Below, in pieces: positions 60,003 through 64,000 of a stretch of 64,000 bases of DNA; position 1 is the first letter of the stretch, and every line of letters begins with the position of its first letter. Both the position numbers and the translations under genes were made by a program. The stretch comes from Flavobacteriaceae bacterium (GTDB taxonomy: Bacteria; Bacteroidota; Bacteroidia; Flavobacteriales; Flavobacteriaceae): NCBI GenBank assembly GCA_965658025.1, contig CBFHQL010000003.1, positions 39,149 through 103,148 on the forward strand. The letters are read 5' to 3'. Below the pieces are notes generated by a model that searched no databases, was not told the DNA's origin, and was given only the letters and a program-made list of their open reading frames with translations.

Positions 60003-60032
60003 AAAAAAGCCCTGCATTGCGGGGCTTTTTTT
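60003..60032 (+). terminator. Intrinsic terminator after rpmA
   Basis: aaaaaagccctgc, loop att, gcggggct. The stem spans 60008-60026 with one G-U pair and is followed by a 7-T run. Confidence 0.8.
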
Positions 60033-60047
60033 ATACCCTAAATGCCC

Positions 60048-60560
60048 TTAATGAATTAGTTTTTCAAACGCTAAACGTTTGTCTCCATTTTCTAAATAAA
60101 TGACCCCACAATAAGAATACCCCATAGTTTTAAGTAATTTTTGCATCCCAAAATTATCTTTGTGCGTGTCAATACGCATCGAGGGTATTTGCATATTCAA
60201 AAGCATTTGTTCGCATGCGTTGAAAATGAATTTTGCTATACCTTTTCCTCTAAAATTCTTTGCTACTGCCATACGGTGAATCACTCCATATTTTATTTGT
60301 CCAGGACGAATCCAGTTGCCTTTTATTTTTGAATATGTTGGTTCATTTTCGGTCGAAAACATAGCTGTTGCGGTTACATCACCTCGTTCAGACTTTACGA
60401 CGTAACTTTGATTATTTTGAATGTCTTTTAGGACAATAGCTGTGTTGGGATACCCATTTTGCCATTGATCAATATTTTGGTTTGCCAACAGCTCTTGCGC
60501 ATCTTTGATGATGCCCATAATCTCCTCTAAATCTTTCTTTTTAGCATGTAAAAGGTTCAT
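60048..60560 (-). CDS. GNAT-family N-acetyltransferase
   Basis: The acetyl-CoA-binding motif is MAVAKNFRGKGIAKFIF (R/Q-x-x-G-x-G/A). The length is 170 aa. Confidence 0.8.
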   Translation of the reverse strand: MNLLHAKKKDLEEIMGIIKDAQELLANQNIDQWQNGYPNTAIVLKDIQNNQSYVVKSERGDVTATAMFSTENEPTYSKIKGNWIRPGQIKYGVIHRMAVAKNFRGKGIAKFIFNACEQMLLNMQIPSMRIDTHKDNFGMQKLLKTMGYSYCGVIYLENGDKRLAFEKLIH

Positions 60561-60589
60561 TATTTGATGGCTAATAGTTAATTGAGTTC

Positions 60590-60622
60590 AAAAAAAAAGC
60601 CAAAGCTGAACTTTGACTTTTT
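60590..60622 (-). terminator. Intrinsic terminator after ahcY (minus strand)
   Basis: The minus-strand RNA reads AGUCAAAG-UUCAG-CUUUGGCU followed by 9 U. On the plus strand this is the A-run 60590-98 and the stem 60598-60618. Confidence 0.65.
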
Positions 60623-60637
60623 AAAAAAAATTAAAAC

Positions 60638-61954
60638 TTAATAGCGGTAGTATTCTGGCTTGAAAGGCCCTTCTTTTTGTACGCCAATATAGCTGGCCTG
60701 ATCCGTTCTAAGTTCTGTGAGCTCCACGCCAATTTTTTCTAAGTGTAATTTTGCTACTTTTTCATCTAAATGTTTGGGCAACATATAGACTTTATTTTCG
60801 TAAGCATCTTCGTTGTTCCACAATTCTATTTGCGCTAAAACTTGATTTGTAAATGAATTACTCATAACAAAACTAGGGTGTCCTGTGGCACAACCAAGGT
60901 TTACCAATCGGCCTTCGGCCAATACGATAATGTCATTACCATTTACGGTGTATTTATCCACTTGCGCTTTGATTTCATCTTTGGTGTGTCCAAAGTTTTC
61001 ATTAAGCCAAGCCATATCAATTTCATTGTCAAAATGGCCAATGTTACATACAATAGTTTTGTCTTTCATGACTTCAAAGTGTTGGCTTTGAATAATATCT
61101 TTGTTCCCAGTTGCCGTCACAACAATATCAGTAACAGGAAGGACAGTCTCTAGTTTTTTTACTTCAAATCCGTCCATTGCAGCTTGTAAGGCACAAATGG
61201 GATCAATTTCTGTAATGGTAACAATACTTCCTGCACCTCTAAATGATGCTGCTGTTCCTTTTCCTACATCGCCATAACCGCACACGACAACGCGTTTTCC
61301 AGCCAACATAGTATCGGTAGCTCTTCGAACGGCATCTACAGCACTTTCTTTACATCCGTATTTGTTGTCAAATTTACTTTTGGTTACAGAATCATTGACG
61401 TTGATGGCCGGCATGGCTAGTGTTCCATTTTTCATGCGCTCGTACAAACGGTGAACACCAGTAGTGGTTTCTTCACTAAGCCCATTGATTCCTGCGGTGA
61501 GTTCTGGATAGTGATCAAAAACTAGATTTGTAAGGTCCCCACCATCGTCCAAAATCATATTGAGTGGCTTACGGTCTTCACCAAAAAATAAAGTTTGTTC
61601 AATACACCAGTCGAATTCTTCTTCGTTCATACCTTTCCATGCATAAACTGGAATCCCAGCTGCCGCAATGGCAGCAGCGGCTTGATCTTGTGTAGAAAAA
61701 ATATTGCATGAACTCCATGTGACTTCTGCACCAAGAGCAACAAGGGTTTCGATAAGTACAGCGGTTTGTATGGTCATGTGTAGACATCCAGCAATTCGGG
61801 CACCTTTTAAAGGTTGACTGTCTTTATATTCATCACGAAGACTCATTAGTCCAGGCATTTCTGCCTCGGCAAGTTCAATTTCTTTTCGTCCCCAGTCTGC
61901 CAAAGACATGTCTTTTACTTTAAAGGGTACATAAGGAAGGGTTTTGACGCTCAT
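60638..61954 (-). CDS. ahcY: Adenosylhomocysteinase
   Basis: [23 protein letters not shown], the NAD site [11 protein letters not shown], and [12 protein letters not shown] are present. Confidence 0.97.
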   Translation of the reverse strand: MSVKTLPYVPFKVKDMSLADWGRKEIELAEAEMPGLMSLRDEYKDSQPLKGARIAGCLHMTIQTAVLIETLVALGAEVTWSSCNIFSTQDQAAAAIAAAGIPVYAWKGMNEEEFDWCIEQTLFFGEDRKPLNMILDDGGDLTNLVFDHYPELTAGINGLSEETTTGVHRLYERMKNGTLAMPAINVNDSVTKSKFDNKYGCKESAVDAVRRATDTMLAGKRVVVCGYGDVGKGTAASFRGAGSIVTITEIDPICALQAAMDGFEVKKLETVLPVTDIVVTATGNKDIIQSQHFEVMKDKTIVCNIGHFDNEIDMAWLNENFGHTKDEIKAQVDKYTVNGNDIIVLAEGRLVNLGCATGHPSFVMSNSFTNQVLAQIELWNNEDAYENKVYMLPKHLDEKVAKLHLEKIGVELTELRTDQASYIGVQKEGPFKPEYYRY

Positions 61955-62067
61955 AATTCAATTTTTTTAAATTTTAGGTGGGCTTAGAAAAAACGCCTAA
62001 AATAGTGTACTTTCGTTTCAGTTTTTAATTCTTTTGCAAAGATAGTTATTAACTTTTTAAATCTCAT

Positions 62068-62700
62068 ATGCCACTTTACAAAACTATAAAGATTAACTCA
62101 CAAACTAATGTTAAAATATGGCACATCACAGAACCTGTTGATGTTTTGATGCAATCAGTTGATTTAAAAAAGGAAAGTTCTGCTAGAGTTCAATCAATGA
62201 AAAGCGAATTGCATCAACGAGGATTTTTGAGTGTCCGGTTACTTTTAAAAGCTTTTGGCTATAGCGATTATGATTTGTTTTATGATGAATATGGGAAACC
62301 TCACCTAAAAGATGGTCGTTACATTTCCATAACGCATTCCTATACGTATTCTGCGGTGGTAGTTAGTGCACAACCTGTTGGTATAGACATCGAGAAACAA
62401 CGCGAAAAAATAAAAAAGATTGCAGCCAAATTTACGGACTATGAGACCGCTTACTTAACCCCAGATTTTGGGGATTATATTCAAAAACTCACATGGATTT
62501 GGTGCATCAAAGAATCTTTATATAAGCTGTATGCAACTCCAGGAATGTCTTTTAAAAAACATTTCTTGGTTCTTCCCATTGGGACAGGTCAAAGCAAAAC
62601 TACGGCATGGATTTTGGACGGTAATAGACCTCAGCGTTTTGAAGGGTTGTTTTTAGAATTTAACGGATTTGGATGTGCCATAACCATCCCACTAGAATGA
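62068..62700 (+). CDS. 4'-phosphopantetheinyl transferase (Sfp-type)
   Basis: The PPTase motifs are ISITHS, GIDIE and WCIKESLYK. Confidence 0.82.
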   Translation: MPLYKTIKINSQTNVKIWHITEPVDVLMQSVDLKKESSARVQSMKSELHQRGFLSVRLLLKAFGYSDYDLFYDEYGKPHLKDGRYISITHSYTYSAVVVSAQPVGIDIEKQREKIKKIAAKFTDYETAYLTPDFGDYIQKLTWIWCIKESLYKLYATPGMSFKKHFLVLPIGTGQSKTTAWILDGNRPQRFEGLFLEFNGFGCAITIPLE

Positions 62701-63311
62701 ACGATATTATTGATTTTTTTGTAGCACCCTATGCCAACGCAACGGCTTTTGATATTACATTGGAAGTCCTAGCAGTATTGCTTGGAATTGTAAGTGTTTG
62801 GTATGCTAAAAAAGAAAATATCCTTGTCTTTCCAACAGGGATATTGAGTACCGCGCTTTATGTCTATATATGTTTTAAGTTTGCGCTATATGGAGATGTT
62901 ATCATTAATTTTTATTATACGTTGATGAGTCTTTATGGTTGGTTTATGTGGCATCGTAAAATTGAAGGAAATTCCATAGAAATCACGCAATCTACGATCA
63001 AAGATATGATGTGGGCATTGATTATTTTTGTTGGTACGGCTGCCCTTGTAGTTTTGGTGTATTTGTATTTTGACCGTTTCAATCAAATTACCGATTATTT
63101 TGACACCTTCACAACTGGGGTTTTCTTTGCGGCGATGTGGCTCATGGCCAACAAAAAAATAGAACATTGGCTTTTTTGGATTGTAGGCAACATAATCTCC
63201 ATACCTTTGTATTTTGTAAAAGGACTTGGTTTTTCGGGGCTACAATTTACCATCTTTTTGATTTTGGCAATCCAAGGATATTTTGAATGGAAAAAACACT
63301 TGAACAAATAA
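62697..63311 (+). CDS. pnuC: Nicotinamide riboside transporter PnuC
   Basis: The membrane protein has about 7 TM helices and is roughly 205 aa, with a Trp-rich PnuC-like pattern (YGWFMW, EHWLFWIVGN). The start is set at ATG 62697, which overlaps the PPTase TGA. An NR-kinase-like gene follows. Confidence 0.75.
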   Translation: MNDIIDFFVAPYANATAFDITLEVLAVLLGIVSVWYAKKENILVFPTGILSTALYVYICFKFALYGDVIINFYYTLMSLYGWFMWHRKIEGNSIEITQSTIKDMMWALIIFVGTAALVVLVYLYFDRFNQITDYFDTFTTGVFFAAMWLMANKKIEHWLFWIVGNIISIPLYFVKGLGFSGLQFTIFLILAIQGYFEWKKHLNK

Positions 63312-63856
63312 CATCAGATTGTATAAAAGTGGTTCTTTTTGGGCCAGAATCTACAGGGAAGTCTACTCTAGCTGAAGCTTTGGCAGAACAGTACAACACC
63401 ACTTTTGTACCTGAATATATGCGCCACTATTTACAACAAAAATGGGATCATGATCAAGCCACTTGCACAAAAGACGATTTATTGCCCATAGCACAAGGAC
63501 AAATGAAATTGGAGAATGAAATGGCGCAACTTGCACAAAAGGTCCTTTTTTGTGATACTAATCTTTTGCAAACCAAAGTCTATTCAGAAATTTATTATGA
63601 CGGCTATTGCCCCGATGAAATTGAACGATATGCCAAAAAAAACACATATGATTTATACTTTTTATGCGCAATTGACGTTCCATGGGTAGCGGATGATTTG
63701 CGCGATAAACCTAACGAACGTACATTTATGTTTGAAACCTTTGAGCGTACACTTGAAGCGCAAAACCTTCCTTTTGTTGTTTTAAAAGGAAATCACAGTA
63801 TACGTTTAGAGACCGCTATTACACATATAAACCAACTTTTAAAAGAAGGAAATTGA
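63287..63856 (+). CDS. AAA-type ATPase, NadR C-terminal-domain-like nicotinamide riboside kinase
   Basis: The Walker A motif is LFGPESTGKSTLAEALA, FVPEYMR is present, and the length is about 190 aa. It overlaps the pnuC 3' end by 25 nt. Confidence 0.75.
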   Translation: MEKTLEQITSDCIKVVLFGPESTGKSTLAEALAEQYNTTFVPEYMRHYLQQKWDHDQATCTKDDLLPIAQGQMKLENEMAQLAQKVLFCDTNLLQTKVYSEIYYDGYCPDEIERYAKKNTYDLYFLCAIDVPWVADDLRDKPNERTFMFETFERTLEAQNLPFVVLKGNHSIRLETAITHINQLLKEGN

Positions 63857-64000
63857 AATTTACAAACAAAGAAATTAACCAAATAATCGAAAGAGGGTTA
63901 GATGTGAAAACAGTTGAAAAACAGCTTTTTTATTTTGATCATAACAATGCACATATTAATTTGCATGCACCAGCAACCATAAATGATGGTATTGTTCAAC
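63853..64000 (+). CDS. 5' end of an unassigned ORF running off the window
   Basis: The frame is open from TTG 63853 ((M)KFTNKEINQIIERGLDVKTVEKQLFYFDHNNAHINLHAPATINDGIVQ) to the window end. The start overlaps the previous stop. It is too short to assign. Confidence 0.3.
   Translation, partial: MKFTNKEINQIIERGLDVKTVEKQLFYFDHNNAHINLHAPATINDGIVQ

Noticed and set aside
61955-62044. A possible SAH riboswitch in the ahcY 5' leader. The leader has an 8-bp hairpin AUUUUAGG...CCUAAAAU downstream of a TATCTTTG -7 box at 62037-62044 on the minus strand.
   Set aside because: The known SAH riboswitch is GC-rich, with a conserved pseudoknot core that is not visible here. It is characteristic of Proteobacteria and Actinobacteria. 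A single AU-rich hairpin is not enough evidence. Only the promoter-like box seems credible.
1-64000. A search for mobile elements, prophage, defence islands, toxin-antitoxin pairs, tRNA/rRNA genes and CRISPR arrays.
   Set aside because: No transposase, integrase or recombinase motifs were found. There are no long inverted or direct flanking repeats and no tRNA-like cloverleafs. The longest intergenic region is about 290 nt. No nuclease, ATPase or methyltransferase clusters typical of defence systems are present. Gene content is housekeeping and shows no obvious compositional break by eye.

Overview
This AT-rich, tightly packed window looks like chromosomal core genome from a Flavobacteriia-class Bacteroidota bacterium. 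Lineage markers are a T9SS type-B sorting domain, GLPGLI family proteins, a three-subunit b558-type SdhCAB, and TTG/TAnnTTTG promoter boxes. About 58 protein genes are supported, nearly all housekeeping. They cover laminarin degradation (GH3+GH16), Kdo transferase, lspA, fabD, folA-thyA-nupC, etfBA, pdhB, a membrane pyrophosphatase, metK, an aromatic amino-acid operon (pheA, aminotransferase, tyrA, DAHP synthase/chorismate mutase), rsgA-dtd-mazG-aroA, queA, rlmN, xthA, glyQS, sdhCAB, pepP, two M16 peptidases, rplU-rpmA, ahcY and PPTase-pnuC-NR kinase. I saw no rRNA, tRNA, CRISPR array, transposase, integrase, phage gene or recognisable defence system. The best signal missing from the ORF track is a 25-codon Tyr/Phe/Trp-rich leader peptide. 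Its intrinsic terminator has a T-run that runs straight into the pheA start codon, which fits a ribosome-mediated attenuator. The best candidates for undescribed biology are three envelope loci. One is a tandem GLPGLI pair with an OMP_b-brl_3-like barrel. The second is an orphan 1146-aa outer-membrane protein with a small barrel partner. The third is a lectin-headed T9SS adhesin carrying near-identical 195-bp repeats. All three are hypotheses from motifs read by eye. No convincing novel multi-gene system can be claimed from sequence alone.
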